From Alphaproteobacteria bacterium (GTDB lineage Bacteria; Pseudomonadota; Alphaproteobacteria; UBA828): a DNA stretch of 64,000 bases. The stretch is taken from NCBI GenBank assembly GCA_963422645.2, contig CAXXVO010000004.1, positions 352,001 through 416,000 on the forward strand, given 5' to 3'. Below are positions 8,315 through 21,420 of the stretch, one piece after another; position 1 is the first letter of the stretch; each line of letters begins with the position of its first letter. The notes beneath the pieces are model-generated. The model did no database searches. It worked only from the letters and a program-made list of their open reading frames with translations, and was not told the origin of the DNA. A program made the position numbers and the translations under genes.

Positions 8315-10327
8315 CTACTGCAGAGCATCTGCCATGAAGCGGCGCCAAATCTCGGCCGGATAGCTGCCGCCGGTCACCTGGTCCATCGGGCTGCCGTCGT
8401 CGTTGCCGAGCCAGACTCCCGTAACCAGTCCCCCGGCCCAGCCCACGAACCACGCATCGCGGAACTTCTGGCTGGTGCCGGTCTTGCCATAGGCCGGGCC
8501 CAAGCCTTGCGGCAGCCGCGCCGCGCGCCCGGTGCCGGTGGCCACGGCGGCGCCGAGCAGGTCCCGCATTGCGGACACCGCAGCGTTATCCGCCGCGCGG
8601 CCGGCGCCGGAGCCTGTCCGGCTGTAGAGCGCGTCGCCCGCTCGGTTGCGGATCTCCGCGATGCCGTGGGGCAGCACCCGCGCCCCACCGTTGGCGAGCG
8701 CCGCATAGGCCGAGGTCAGCTCCAGCAGCGTGACCTCGCCGGTGCCGAGCGCGATGCTCGCATCGGCGGGCAGCGTGCTCTCGATCCCGAGTCTGCGCGC
8801 AGTCTCGTGGATTCGCTTCACGCCTGCGCGCAAGCCCACGCGCACGGCTACCGTGTTGATCGAGCGCGCAAAACCCTCCCGTACCGTCACCGGACCCCGG
8901 TATTCGTCGTCGTAGTTGCGGGGCGACCAGCCGGCAACGGTGATGGGTGCGTCCTCGATCCTGTCGTCCGGTGCAAGCCCCGCCTCGACGGCGGCGAGAT
9001 AGACCACGGTCTTGAAGGCCGAGCCCGGCTGCCGCCTGGCCTGTGTCGCCCGGTTGAACACGCTATTGCCATGATCGCGGCCGCCCACCATGGCACGCAC
9101 GGCACCGCTCTCATCCAGCGCGGCGAGGGCGCCCTGCCCGATCTTCCGGCTCATCCCGGCGTCGGCCAGCGTTTCGGCAAGCGCCGCCTGCGCCGCCCGC
9201 TGGCGCTTAGGCTCGAGGGTCGTGAACACCCGGAGCGCTCCGTGGTCGCGCCCGACATAGCCCGGCACCTGCTCGCGCACCCAATCGACGAAGTAGCCCG
9301 CCGCAGGGCCGCTTCGCGGGGCCACGGTGAGGGTCCGCGCGTGCTCGCTTGCGGCCACCCCTTCGCCTTCGCTGAGAAAGCCGGCATCGACCATGGCATC
9401 GACGACGACGCCCGCGCGCTTGCGCGCCAGCGCGAGGTCGTTGGCCGGGCTGTAGCGGGACGGCGCCTTCAGGAGGCCCGCGATCATCGCAGCCTGCGCC
9501 ACGTCGACATCGCGCGCCGAGCGGCCGAAATAGCGCCGCGCGGCCGCATCGACGCCGTAGGCGCCGGCGCCGAAGTAGGCGCGGTTGAGGTAGATCGTGA
9601 GGATTTCCTCCTTGCTGAACTCTCGCTCCAGCCAGAAGGCCAGCATCGCCTCCTGGATCTTGCGTCTGAGGGTACGCTCGGGCGTGAGGAACACCAGTTT
9701 CGCCACTTGTTGGGAGATCGTGCTGCCGCCCGCCACCACGCGGCCCTCGACCGCGTTCTGCCAGGCCGCGCGGATCACGCCGAAGGCGTCGATACCGCCG
9801 TGGGTGTAGAAGCGCCGGTCCTCGATCGCGAGAACCGCCTCGGGCAATACCGGCGCCATCTCCTGGACAGGCACGAGCTCGCCCCACATCTCGCCCACGG
9901 TGGCGACCTCGGAGCCGTCCGCCGCCAGCACGGTGATGGAAAGGGGCGTCTCGGGCCCGGTGAGGTGCTCGGTATCGGGCAGGTCGTGGGCGTAGTAGCC
10001 GACGAAGCCGGCGCCAAGCACCACGAGCCAAAGGACGAAGACGGCGCTCCACTTGGCGATGCGCCAGCCAAGCCACCGCCGGGCGGGCGACTTCGTACCA
10101 GCGCGCGGCTTGGCACCACCCGTCTTGCGCGCGGTGCCGCCCGATTTCGCTTTCCTGGGCGCTGCCCTGGGTGTTTTTGGCGCGGCCTTGGGTTTCTTGG
10201 GCGCTGCCTTAGACTTCTTGGGGGCTGCCTTGGCCTTGGCGCCGCTGGGCTTCTCGCGCGCCCGGGCCGGCTTCTTGGCCGGCGTGCGGGGCCGCTTCGG
10301 CGGCGGCGAGCGGCGGCGTGATGCCAT
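8315..10327 (-). CDS. Class A penicillin-binding protein (PBP1A family) with a Lys/Ala/Pro-rich N-terminal tail
   Basis: TM helix, transglycosylase motifs EDRRF and GGSTISQQVAK, transpeptidase motifs SAFK (SxxK), SIN (SxN) and KTGT. Confidence 0.92.
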   Translation of the reverse strand: MASRRRSPPPKRPRTPAKKPARAREKPSGAKAKAAPKKSKAAPKKPKAAPKTPRAAPRKAKSGGTARKTGGAKPRAGTKSPARRWLGWRIAKWSAVFVLWLVVLGAGFVGYYAHDLPDTEHLTGPETPLSITVLAADGSEVATVGEMWGELVPVQEMAPVLPEAVLAIEDRRFYTHGGIDAFGVIRAAWQNAVEGRVVAGGSTISQQVAKLVFLTPERTLRRKIQEAMLAFWLEREFSKEEILTIYLNRAYFGAGAYGVDAAARRYFGRSARDVDVAQAAMIAGLLKAPSRYSPANDLALARKRAGVVVDAMVDAGFLSEGEGVAASEHARTLTVAPRSGPAAGYFVDWVREQVPGYVGRDHGALRVFTTLEPKRQRAAQAALAETLADAGMSRKIGQGALAALDESGAVRAMVGGRDHGNSVFNRATQARRQPGSAFKTVVYLAAVEAGLAPDDRIEDAPITVAGWSPRNYDDEYRGPVTVREGFARSINTVAVRVGLRAGVKRIHETARRLGIESTLPADASIALGTGEVTLLELTSAYAALANGGARVLPHGIAEIRNRAGDALYSRTGSGAGRAADNAAVSAMRDLLGAAVATGTGRAARLPQGLGPAYGKTGTSQKFRDAWFVGWAGGLVTGVWLGNDDGSPMDQVTGGSYPAEIWRRFMADALQ

Positions 10328-10348
10328 CAGCCGGCGAGGAGCGGGAAA

Positions 10349-13995
<3,647 letters not shown>

Positions 13996-15123
13996 TTAGA
14001 CGCGGAGCGGCATGATGACATGGAGCGCGCCGGAATCGCCGGTGTCCCGCACCAGCGAGGGCGAGCCGGCGTCGCCGAAGAAGAAGCGGATCGAGTCGCT
14101 CTCGATCTGCCCAGAGACATCGAGCACGTAGCGCGCGTTGAGGCCGATTTCGAGGGGTTCGGCGCCATACTCGGCATCGAGTTCCTCGGTCGCGGTCCCC
14201 GTATCGGGGCTGTTGGCCGTGAGCGTCACCGCGCCAGAGCGGATGGAGAGCTTGATCGCGTGCGAGCGGTCGGTGGAGATCGAGGAGACCCGGTCCACGG
14301 CCTCCGCGAAGCTGCCCTTCGCCACCGTCATCACGTTCTGGTTGCCGCGCGGAATCACCCGTTCGTAGTCCGGGAACGAGCCGTCGATCAGCTTCGAGGT
14401 GAGCTGGGCGGCGCCGACCTCGAAGCGGATCCTGGTCTCGGACAGCGCGACGGAGACCGGCTCGTCGCCGTCGTCGACCAGCTTGCGCACTTCGGCGACG
14501 GTCTTGCGCGGGACGATCACGGCCGGCACGTCCGCCGCTCCCTCGGGCAGCGGCGCGTCGGCGCAGGAGAGCCGGTGGCCGTCGGTGGCGACGGCGCGCA
14601 AGCGCGCGATGCCCTCCTGATCCTCCGCCTTATGCAGGTGGATACCGTTGAGATAGTAGCGGGTTTCCTCGGTCGAGATGGCGAAACGGGTCTTGTCGAT
14701 CAGCCGCCGGAGATGATCCCTCGGCAGCTCGAAAGAATGGGGCAGATCGTCGTCGGCCATCACCGGGAACTCGGCGATCGGCAGGCAGGAGAGACGGAAG
14801 CGCGAGCGCCCCGAAACCAAGTCGAGTTGCCCGCCGTCGCTCCCGTCCAACTTCATCGAGACCTGTGCGCCGTCCGGCAGCTTGCGCACGATGTCGTAGA
14901 GGGTGAGCGCGGTCGTGGTCACCGCGCCTTCCTGCTCGACCGCGGCATCGGCCTCGTCGACGACCGCGAGGTCCATGTCCGTCGCGGTAAGCCGCAGGCG
15001 GTCACTCCCCTGCGCATCGATGCGAACATTAGCGAGGATGGGGATCGTATTGCGCCGTTCGACGACACTTTGCACGTGCGCCAAGGAGCTCAGAAGCGTG
15101 GAGCGTTCGATCGTAAGTTTCAT
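13996..15123 (-). CDS. dnaN: DNA polymerase III beta sliding clamp
   Basis: VERRNTIPILAN, ATDMDL, EETRYYLNG, VATDGHRL, IVPRK, SKLIDGSFPDY, VIMPLRV. Confidence 0.98.
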   Translation of the reverse strand: MKLTIERSTLLSSLAHVQSVVERRNTIPILANVRIDAQGSDRLRLTATDMDLAVVDEADAAVEQEGAVTTTALTLYDIVRKLPDGAQVSMKLDGSDGGQLDLVSGRSRFRLSCLPIAEFPVMADDDLPHSFELPRDHLRRLIDKTRFAISTEETRYYLNGIHLHKAEDQEGIARLRAVATDGHRLSCADAPLPEGAADVPAVIVPRKTVAEVRKLVDDGDEPVSVALSETRIRFEVGAAQLTSKLIDGSFPDYERVIPRGNQNVMTVAKGSFAEAVDRVSSISTDRSHAIKLSIRSGAVTLTANSPDTGTATEELDAEYGAEPLEIGLNARYVLDVSGQIESDSIRFFFGDAGSPSLVRDTGDSGALHVIMPLRV

Positions 15124-15252
15124 GCTCGCAATGGCCCCTGAATCGCCGTCGAATCAGCGCGTATTATAGCGGAGAAGTGGCGGATACCGCAGCACTATCG
15201 GCGCACCACACGTCCCGCGACGCGGCGACCAGCCGCTCGCGCGCATCAGCTG

Positions 15253-16698
15253 TCAGTCGCTCGGGTCTTCGAGGCTACGCCGGAGCCGCTCCACGTCTTC
15301 GTCGAGGGCAGGGTCCTTGGGCCTGAGCTCCTCGATACGGCGGATCGCGTACATCACCGTGGTGTGGTCGCGCTTGCCGAACTTGCGGCCGATCTCTGGC
15401 AGCGAGCGCGACGTGAGCTGCTTGGCGAGGTACATCGCCACGTGGCGCGGCCGGACCACAACCTGCGCGCGCCGGCTGGAGGACAATTCTGCCGCCTTGA
15501 TGTTGTAGTGCGCGGCGACTCGGTGCTGGATCTCCTCGATGGTAATGCGGCGCTCCTTCGCGACGAGCACGTCACGCAGCACCGACTGGGTCATCTGCAG
15601 CGTAATTGCGCCGCCGAGCAGCGCAGCGTGGGCGGCAATACGATGGAGCGCCATCTCCAGCTCGCGCCCGTTGGAGGTGATCTGCCGCGCCAGGAACGCC
15701 ATCACCTCGGTCGGCGCATCGGCGATCCCTAGCGGCCCCGCCTTCTCGCGCAGGATTCCGAGCCGGAGCTCGTAATTGGCAGGCAGGATGTCGACGGCAA
15801 GCCCGCCGGCAAGGCGGGATCTCAGCCGCTCTTCCATGCCCTCGAGGCGGGAGGGCGCGCGATCGGCGGAGACCACCACCTGGCAGCGATGGTCGAGCAA
15901 TGCGTTGAGCGTGTGGAGAAACTCCTCCTGGGTGCTTTCCTTGTCGCAGATGAACTGGATGTCGTCGATCAACAGCACGTCGGCGGAGCGCAGCCGCTCC
16001 TTGAACGCCACCGTGTCCTTTCGCCGGATCGCCTGGACGAACCGGTACATGAACCGTTCGGCAGAGAGGTAGAGGACGCGCCGCCCCGGCTCGCGGCCGC
16101 GGATGCACCACGCGATTGCGTGCAGGAGGTGGGTCTTGCCGAGGCCGACGCCGCCGTAGAGGTAGAGCGGGTTGAAGGGGAGATGATCGACACCCGCCAC
16201 CTGCTGCGCCGCGGCGTGGGCAAGCTCGTTGGTCTCGCCCACCACGAATTCGCGGAAGGTGAAGCGACCGTTGAGCGGCGAGCCGAGATCGGCCAGCGCC
16301 CCGTCCTTCCCCCGCCCGCGGGCGCCGCCGCGCGGGAGCGCGGGCGCCGGCGTGCTCGGCTCGGCCTCGCTGGCTGGCGGCTGCCCCGTGTGGATCGCGA
16401 TATGGGCGCTCTGGATGCCGGGCCGCTCCTCGGCCCAAAGGGCCGCGATGCGGTGCGCATAGTGCGACGCGACCCAGTCGCGCAGGAAGCGGGTGCCGAC
16501 GCCGAGGGTCACCTGATCGCCGTCTACTTCGACCAGGGTGAGCGGCGCCAGCCAGCTCGCGAAGGTGGCCTCGCCCAATTCGGCCCGAAGACGCGCCCGG
16601 ATTTGCTGCCAGGTGTCCTGCGCGTCTCGTGCCCGCGGCGGAGAGCTGTCCGTCACGGCTGACTCGCCTTCTGCACTCGGCGTGAGCCGATGCAACAC
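15253..16698 (-). CDS. dnaA: Chromosomal replication initiator DnaA
   Basis: FNPLYLYGGVGLGKTHL, LLIDDIQF, TQEEF, RLRSR, SLPEIGRKFGKRDHTTV. The start may instead be GTG at 16656. Confidence 0.96.
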   Translation of the reverse strand: MLHRLTPSAEGESAVTDSSPPRARDAQDTWQQIRARLRAELGEATFASWLAPLTLVEVDGDQVTLGVGTRFLRDWVASHYAHRIAALWAEERPGIQSAHIAIHTGQPPASEAEPSTPAPALPRGGARGRGKDGALADLGSPLNGRFTFREFVVGETNELAHAAAQQVAGVDHLPFNPLYLYGGVGLGKTHLLHAIAWCIRGREPGRRVLYLSAERFMYRFVQAIRRKDTVAFKERLRSADVLLIDDIQFICDKESTQEEFLHTLNALLDHRCQVVVSADRAPSRLEGMEERLRSRLAGGLAVDILPANYELRLGILREKAGPLGIADAPTEVMAFLARQITSNGRELEMALHRIAAHAALLGGAITLQMTQSVLRDVLVAKERRITIEEIQHRVAAHYNIKAAELSSSRRAQVVVRPRHVAMYLAKQLTSRSLPEIGRKFGKRDHTTVMYAIRRIEELRPKDPALDEDVERLRRSLEDPSD

Positions 16699-17239
16699 GG
16701 CTGTTCACGGCGGCGAGCAATCTCAATGCAAGTATTGCAAAGGTGCATGCCGCTCTGTGATGAGCCGTTTGTTCTCGTAAGTTTCTCTCTTGATCCCATG
16801 TTTGTTCTGATATCGTGTCGCGTTTATCCGGGGCGGCGGTGGGGCTCCCTTCCCCGACAAGCTACGCTCGTCTCGCCGTCGTTACAGCCAGTGATTTTGG
16901 TTCTCATACCGCCGGCGCCTCCTCCAGACGATATGTGGCAACTAGGATAAGTCTCGAAAAAGCGGCTGGCAACGGGTCCGAAAGCGGAACCAGGGAAAAA
17001 TCCGACCTTCACACTTCTGCCGCAATCTTGGTTATGGGAGTGAGGGCAGAGCGCCAATCGGTTGGCGGCATAACCGGAATTCGAAGGGCATGTTCCGCGG
17101 CGCCCGTGTGGTCGGGTCGATGGACAGCCCTTCGGCCTAGCCATGAGCAAGAGTTAGAGACATGTCGTCTCGGCATTGGTCTTGTATCCGGTTCCGATGA
17201 CACCGACCTGGAGTTGGGGTTTTTGTTGTGCGCGGGGCA

Positions 17240-18052
17240 TCAGTAGATGCTCCCGGACTTGGGCTCGGTCTGGAGGTCTTGGCCTGTGAGGCTGCGCCAT
17301 GCGGCGACCGAGGCGCCTGCGGCGGCGGCGAGCAGGCGCGAGTCCGCTGCGACCGTGGTCCAGGCGTAGCCCCACTCGATGGCGCGGAGCGCATACTCCG
17401 GCGTGCCGCAATGGATGCCGGCCTTGATGCCCTTTTCCCGGCAGACGTCGGCGATGCGGCGGATGATGGCGATCATCTCCTCCTCCTCCCGGTCGAGCGC
17501 AGGCGGGAGCCGCCCCTCCTGGGTGCCAAGGGTGAGGTCGGCGGGGCCGACATAGACGCCGTCGAGGCCAGGCGTGGCACAGATCGCCTCGAGGTTGCGC
17601 ACACCGTCGGCGGTCTCGATCATCGCCATCGCCAGCACCTCGGCATTGGCGTCCACGCCGTAGCCCGGCATGGCGACGGCCGCGCGTGTCGGGCCGAAGC
17701 TGCGCTGGCCGAGCGGCGGGTAGCGCATGTAGGAGACCAACGCTTCCGCGTCGTCCCGGGTGTTGACCATGGGGCAGATGATACCCATGGCGCCGGCATC
17801 CAGCGCCTTCATGATCACCCCGGGCTCGAGCCAGGGGACGCGCGCCATGGGCACCACGTCAGAGGCGCGCACCGCCTGCAGCATGGGCAGGAGCGCGGCG
17901 TAGTCCAGCGCGCCGTGCTGGACGTCGACCGTGATCGCATCGTAGCCCTGCGATGCCATGATCTCGGCGGTGAAGGAATTGCCGATGGAGCACCAGCCGT
18001 TGAGCACCGGCGAGCCTGAGGCCCAGATCTCTTTCAGCGCGTTGTGTTGCAT
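17240..18052 (-). CDS. HpcH/HpaI aldolase family protein
   Basis: VDVQHG, ARVP, KALDAGAMGIICPMV, YPPLGQRSFG, AMIET, VYVGPADL. Confidence 0.88.
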   Translation of the reverse strand: MQHNALKEIWASGSPVLNGWCSIGNSFTAEIMASQGYDAITVDVQHGALDYAALLPMLQAVRASDVVPMARVPWLEPGVIMKALDAGAMGIICPMVNTRDDAEALVSYMRYPPLGQRSFGPTRAAVAMPGYGVDANAEVLAMAMIETADGVRNLEAICATPGLDGVYVGPADLTLGTQEGRLPPALDREEEEMIAIIRRIADVCREKGIKAGIHCGTPEYALRAIEWGYAWTTVAADSRLLAAAAGASVAAWRSLTGQDLQTEPKSGSIY

Positions 18053-18282
18053 GTCGTCTCCCTCGGCGTAGGGGCCGGACCGACGCGGCATCGGCGGGCC
18101 CGCCCCTCTCCTCGCTGCGCCCGCTTTCCTACCATCGCGCGCGCCGGAAGGCGATCTGCCCCTTCGCGTCTCCTGCGCACCTCACCGGCGCTCTGCCGAC
18201 AGCAGTCATTGCAACCGGCGCGCTCTGTCAATATGAGATCGTCAGTCATCGGGGATCACGCTTGCGCGGGGAGGGGACGACG

Positions 18283-20142
18283 ATGCCACGCGATACCGTA
18301 CGCCTGACGATGGCGCAGGCCCTGGTCCGCTATCTTTGCAGCCAGCACACCATCATCGACGCAGAGCAGGTTCCGCTCTTCGCCGGTGTGTTCGCGATCT
18401 TCGGCCACGGCAACGTCACCTGTCTCTCGGAGGCGCTGGAGCCGGTTCAGGACCGGCTGCCGACCTGGCGCGGGCAGAACGAGCAATCCATGGCGCTGGC
18501 GGCCATGGGCTACGCCAAGGCGAAGCGCCGGCGCCAGATCATGATCGCGACGTCCTCGATCGGCCCGGGCGCGCTCAACATGATGACGGCTGCGGGCGCG
18601 GCCCATGCCAACCGGCTGCCGATGCTGATCCTCGCGGGCGATACCTTCATGAACCGGCTGCCCGATCCGGTGCTGCAACAGGTGGAGCACTTCGGCGACC
18701 CCACCGTCACCGTGAACGACGCCTTCAAGGCGGTCTCGCGCTACTGGGACCGGATCGCGCACCCGGCGCAGCTGATGGCGTCGCTGCCGCAGGCCATCGC
18801 CACCATGCTCGACCCGGGCGACTGCGGCCCTGCCTTTATCGCGCTGCCCCAGGACACGCAGGAGATGGCCTTCGACTACCCGGAGGCGTTCTTCGAGGAG
18901 CGGGTCTGGACCATCCCCCGCCCGCGCCCGGACCGTGACCGCGTGGCCGAGGCTGCGGCGTTGCTGCAGACGGCGAAATCGCCGCTCATCATCTCGGGCG
19001 GCGGGGTGCGCTACTCCGGCGCCGAGGCGGCGGTGGCGGCCTTTGCCGCCGAGCGCGGGATTCCGGTGGTCGAGACGATTGCCGGCAAGGGTGCGTTCAG
19101 CCACGACGACCCGGTCCATTGCGGCCCGATCGGGGTGGTGGGCTCGACCTCGGCCAATACCCTCGCCGCAAGCGCCGACGTGATCCTCGCCATCGGCACC
19201 CGGCTGCAGGACTTCACCACCGGGTCGTGGACCGCGTTTGCGCACGATGCGGCCTTCATCTCGATCAACGCCGCGCGCTGGGACGCGACCAAGCACCGGG
19301 CGCTTGCGGTGGTGGGCGATGCGCTGGAGACGGTGCGGGAGCTGGACGCAGCACTCGGCGCCTGGAAGGTGGAGGGCGCCCACCTGGCCAAGGCTCAGGC
19401 ACTCTTCAAGGAGTGGGACGCGCTCCTGGACGAGCACCAGGCGCAGACCAACGCGCCGGTTCCCTCTTACGCGCAGGTGGTGGGTGTGGTGAACCGGGCT
19501 GCGGGCGAGGGCGACCACCTGATCGCCGCCGCCGGCGGGATTCCGGGCGAGGTCGCCAAGGGCTGGCGGGTCAAGCAGCGCAACACCTTCGACCTCGAGT
19601 TCGGCTTCTCCTGCATGGGCTACGAGGTCGCCGGCGGCTGGGGCAATGCCATGGCGACCGCGGGCTCATCCACGCCCATCGTCATGGTGGGCGACGGCAG
19701 CTACCTGATGTTGAACGCCGAGCTCTATTCCTCGGTCCTCACGGGCCACAAGATGATCGTGGTGATCTGCGACAATGGCGGCTACGCGGTCATCAACCGG
19801 CTGCAGGAGTTCAAGGGCACGCCCGGCTTCAACAACCTGTTCAAGGATTGCCGGCGGGCTACGACCGGCGACCCGCCGCTGGTGGATTTTGCGCAGCACG
19901 CGGGGTCCATGGGGGCCCATGCGCGCCACTGCGCGAGCCTCGCCGACCTCGAGGCCGCACTGGAGTGGGCCAAGGGGACCGACCGGACGACGGTCCTCTC
20001 GATCACCACGGAAGCCTACACCTGGACGCCGGGCGATGCCGCCTGGGATGTCGGCGTGCCCGAGGTCTCGGAGCGCGAGACGGTGCGGGCCGCCCGCGCC
20101 GATCACGAAGAGATCCGGGCGAAGCAGCGCGTGGGAGTGTGA
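18283..20142 (+). CDS. iolD: 3D-(3,5/4)-trihydroxycyclohexane-1,2-dione acylhydrolase (TPP-dependent)
   Basis: RLTMAQALV, IFGHGNV, QNEQSMA, TSSIGPGA, PDPVLQQ, EFGFSCMGYE, VGDGSYLM, WDVGVPEVS. Confidence 0.95.
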   Translation: MPRDTVRLTMAQALVRYLCSQHTIIDAEQVPLFAGVFAIFGHGNVTCLSEALEPVQDRLPTWRGQNEQSMALAAMGYAKAKRRRQIMIATSSIGPGALNMMTAAGAAHANRLPMLILAGDTFMNRLPDPVLQQVEHFGDPTVTVNDAFKAVSRYWDRIAHPAQLMASLPQAIATMLDPGDCGPAFIALPQDTQEMAFDYPEAFFEERVWTIPRPRPDRDRVAEAAALLQTAKSPLIISGGGVRYSGAEAAVAAFAAERGIPVVETIAGKGAFSHDDPVHCGPIGVVGSTSANTLAASADVILAIGTRLQDFTTGSWTAFAHDAAFISINAARWDATKHRALAVVGDALETVRELDAALGAWKVEGAHLAKAQALFKEWDALLDEHQAQTNAPVPSYAQVVGVVNRAAGEGDHLIAAAGGIPGEVAKGWRVKQRNTFDLEFGFSCMGYEVAGGWGNAMATAGSSTPIVMVGDGSYLMLNAELYSSVLTGHKMIVVICDNGGYAVINRLQEFKGTPGFNNLFKDCRRATTGDPPLVDFAQHAGSMGAHARHCASLADLEAALEWAKGTDRTTVLSITTEAYTWTPGDAAWDVGVPEVSERETVRAARADHEEIRAKQRVGV

Positions 20143-20145
20143 GGG

Positions 20146-21051
20146 ATGCTGGAAGCGAAGCTGGGCATCGCGCCCATCGCCTGGTGGAACGACGATCTGG
20201 TGGAGCTTTCCGACGACGTGAGCCTGGAGGAGTGTCTGCGCCAGGCCTCGGTGGCGGGGTTTAGCGGGATGGAGACCGGCCGGCGCTTTCCGATGGACAT
20301 GGACGAGCTCGGGCCGATCCTGAAGCGCTACGGGATCTCGGTCTGCGGCGGCTGGCATTCGGGCCGTCTGCTGGAGGGCGATATCGAGGCGGAGAAGGAG
20401 CGCATCCGGCCGATGATGGACTTCTTCATCGCGGCCGAGGCGCCCTGCATCGTCTATGGCGAGATCGCGGGCGCCATCCAGGGCGAGCGCAGCGCCCCGC
20501 TCGCGACCAAGCCCCGCATCGCCGACGACGACCGGATGAGGGCGTACGGCCGCAACATGACCGCGTTTGCGGAGTGGTGCGCGGAGGAGGGCATGCCGAT
20601 CGCCTATCACCACCACATGGGCGCCGTGATCGAGACCGAGGCGGAGCTCGACGGCCTGATGAGCCACAGCGGCGAGGCGCTTCGGCTGGCCTATGACACC
20701 GGCCACCTCGCGTTTGCGGGCGGCGACGGGCTGCGCGTCATCGAGCGCTACCGCCGCCGGCTCGGCCACATCCACACCAAGGACGTGCGCCGGGGCGTGG
20801 TGGACGGCCTCGACCGCAGCCGGGAGAGCTTTTTGGACGCGGTCATCAAGGGGGCGTTCACGGTGCCGGGCGACGGCGACCTCGACTTCGAGACCATCGT
20901 CCACCGCCTCGCCGAGGTCGGCTACGAGGGCTGGTTCGTGGTCGAGGCGGAACAGGACCCGGTGCCAAACCCGCCGCTCGAGATGGCCAAAAAAGGACAC
21001 GCCGAACTCCGCCGCGTCATGGCCAAAGCCGGATACAAGGTCACCCAATGA
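20146..21051 (+). CDS. iolE: Myo-inosose-2 dehydratase
   Basis: GIAPIAWWNDD, YHHHMG, DTGH, HIHTKD, FTVPGDG, VVEAEQDP. Confidence 0.93.
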   Translation: MLEAKLGIAPIAWWNDDLVELSDDVSLEECLRQASVAGFSGMETGRRFPMDMDELGPILKRYGISVCGGWHSGRLLEGDIEAEKERIRPMMDFFIAAEAPCIVYGEIAGAIQGERSAPLATKPRIADDDRMRAYGRNMTAFAEWCAEEGMPIAYHHHMGAVIETEAELDGLMSHSGEALRLAYDTGHLAFAGGDGLRVIERYRRRLGHIHTKDVRRGVVDGLDRSRESFLDAVIKGAFTVPGDGDLDFETIVHRLAEVGYEGWFVVEAEQDPVPNPPLEMAKKGHAELRRVMAKAGYKVTQ

Positions 21052-21107
21052 ATAGAATCGGCGTCCCGCTCCGGACCTGAATCCCACGAGACCCGAAGGT
21101 ACGCCCG

Positions 21108-21416
21108 ATGCCTTGGATAGACGTCTGCTCGGCCGACGACATCGACCTTGAGGATGCCATGTCCTTCGATCACGGCGGGCGAGCGTTCGCCCTCTTCCGC
21201 AATCACGAGGGCGACTTCTTCTGCACCGACGGCCTGTGCACCCACGAGGACATCCACCTTGCCGACGGCATCGTGGAAGGAAATACGATCGAATGTCCGA
21301 GGCACGCGAGCGTCTTCGACTTCACCACCGGCGAAGTGGACTCGCCACCAGCCTTCGAGGACCTGCAAACCTATCCGGCAAGGGTCCGGGACGGTCGGGT
21401 CTTCGTCGAGATCTGA
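21108..21416 (+). CDS. MocE-like Rieske [2Fe-2S] ferredoxin
   Basis: TDGLCTHE and IECPRH Rieske ligands, 102 aa, located next to iolE. Confidence 0.88.
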   Translation: MPWIDVCSADDIDLEDAMSFDHGGRAFALFRNHEGDFFCTDGLCTHEDIHLADGIVEGNTIECPRHASVFDFTTGEVDSPPAFEDLQTYPARVRDGRVFVEI

Positions 21417-21420
21417 CACC

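Noticed and set aside
7838-10321. Long antisense or alternative-frame ORFs (for example 7838-10321, 12952-15141, 33932-36580, 26568-28394, 54959-56908)
   Set aside because: These are shadow ORFs of well-supported genes in high-GC DNA, rich in Arg/Ala/Gly and without recognisable motifs.
16771-16807. LexA-like GTTC-N7-GTTC boxes upstream of dnaA
   Set aside because: Only mismatched versions (GTTC-N7-TTTC, ATCC-N7-GTTC) are present, which is too weak to call.
16699-17239. oriC next to dnaA
   Set aside because: No clustered DnaA boxes or clear unwinding element were seen, and alphaproteobacterial origins are often not adjacent to dnaA.
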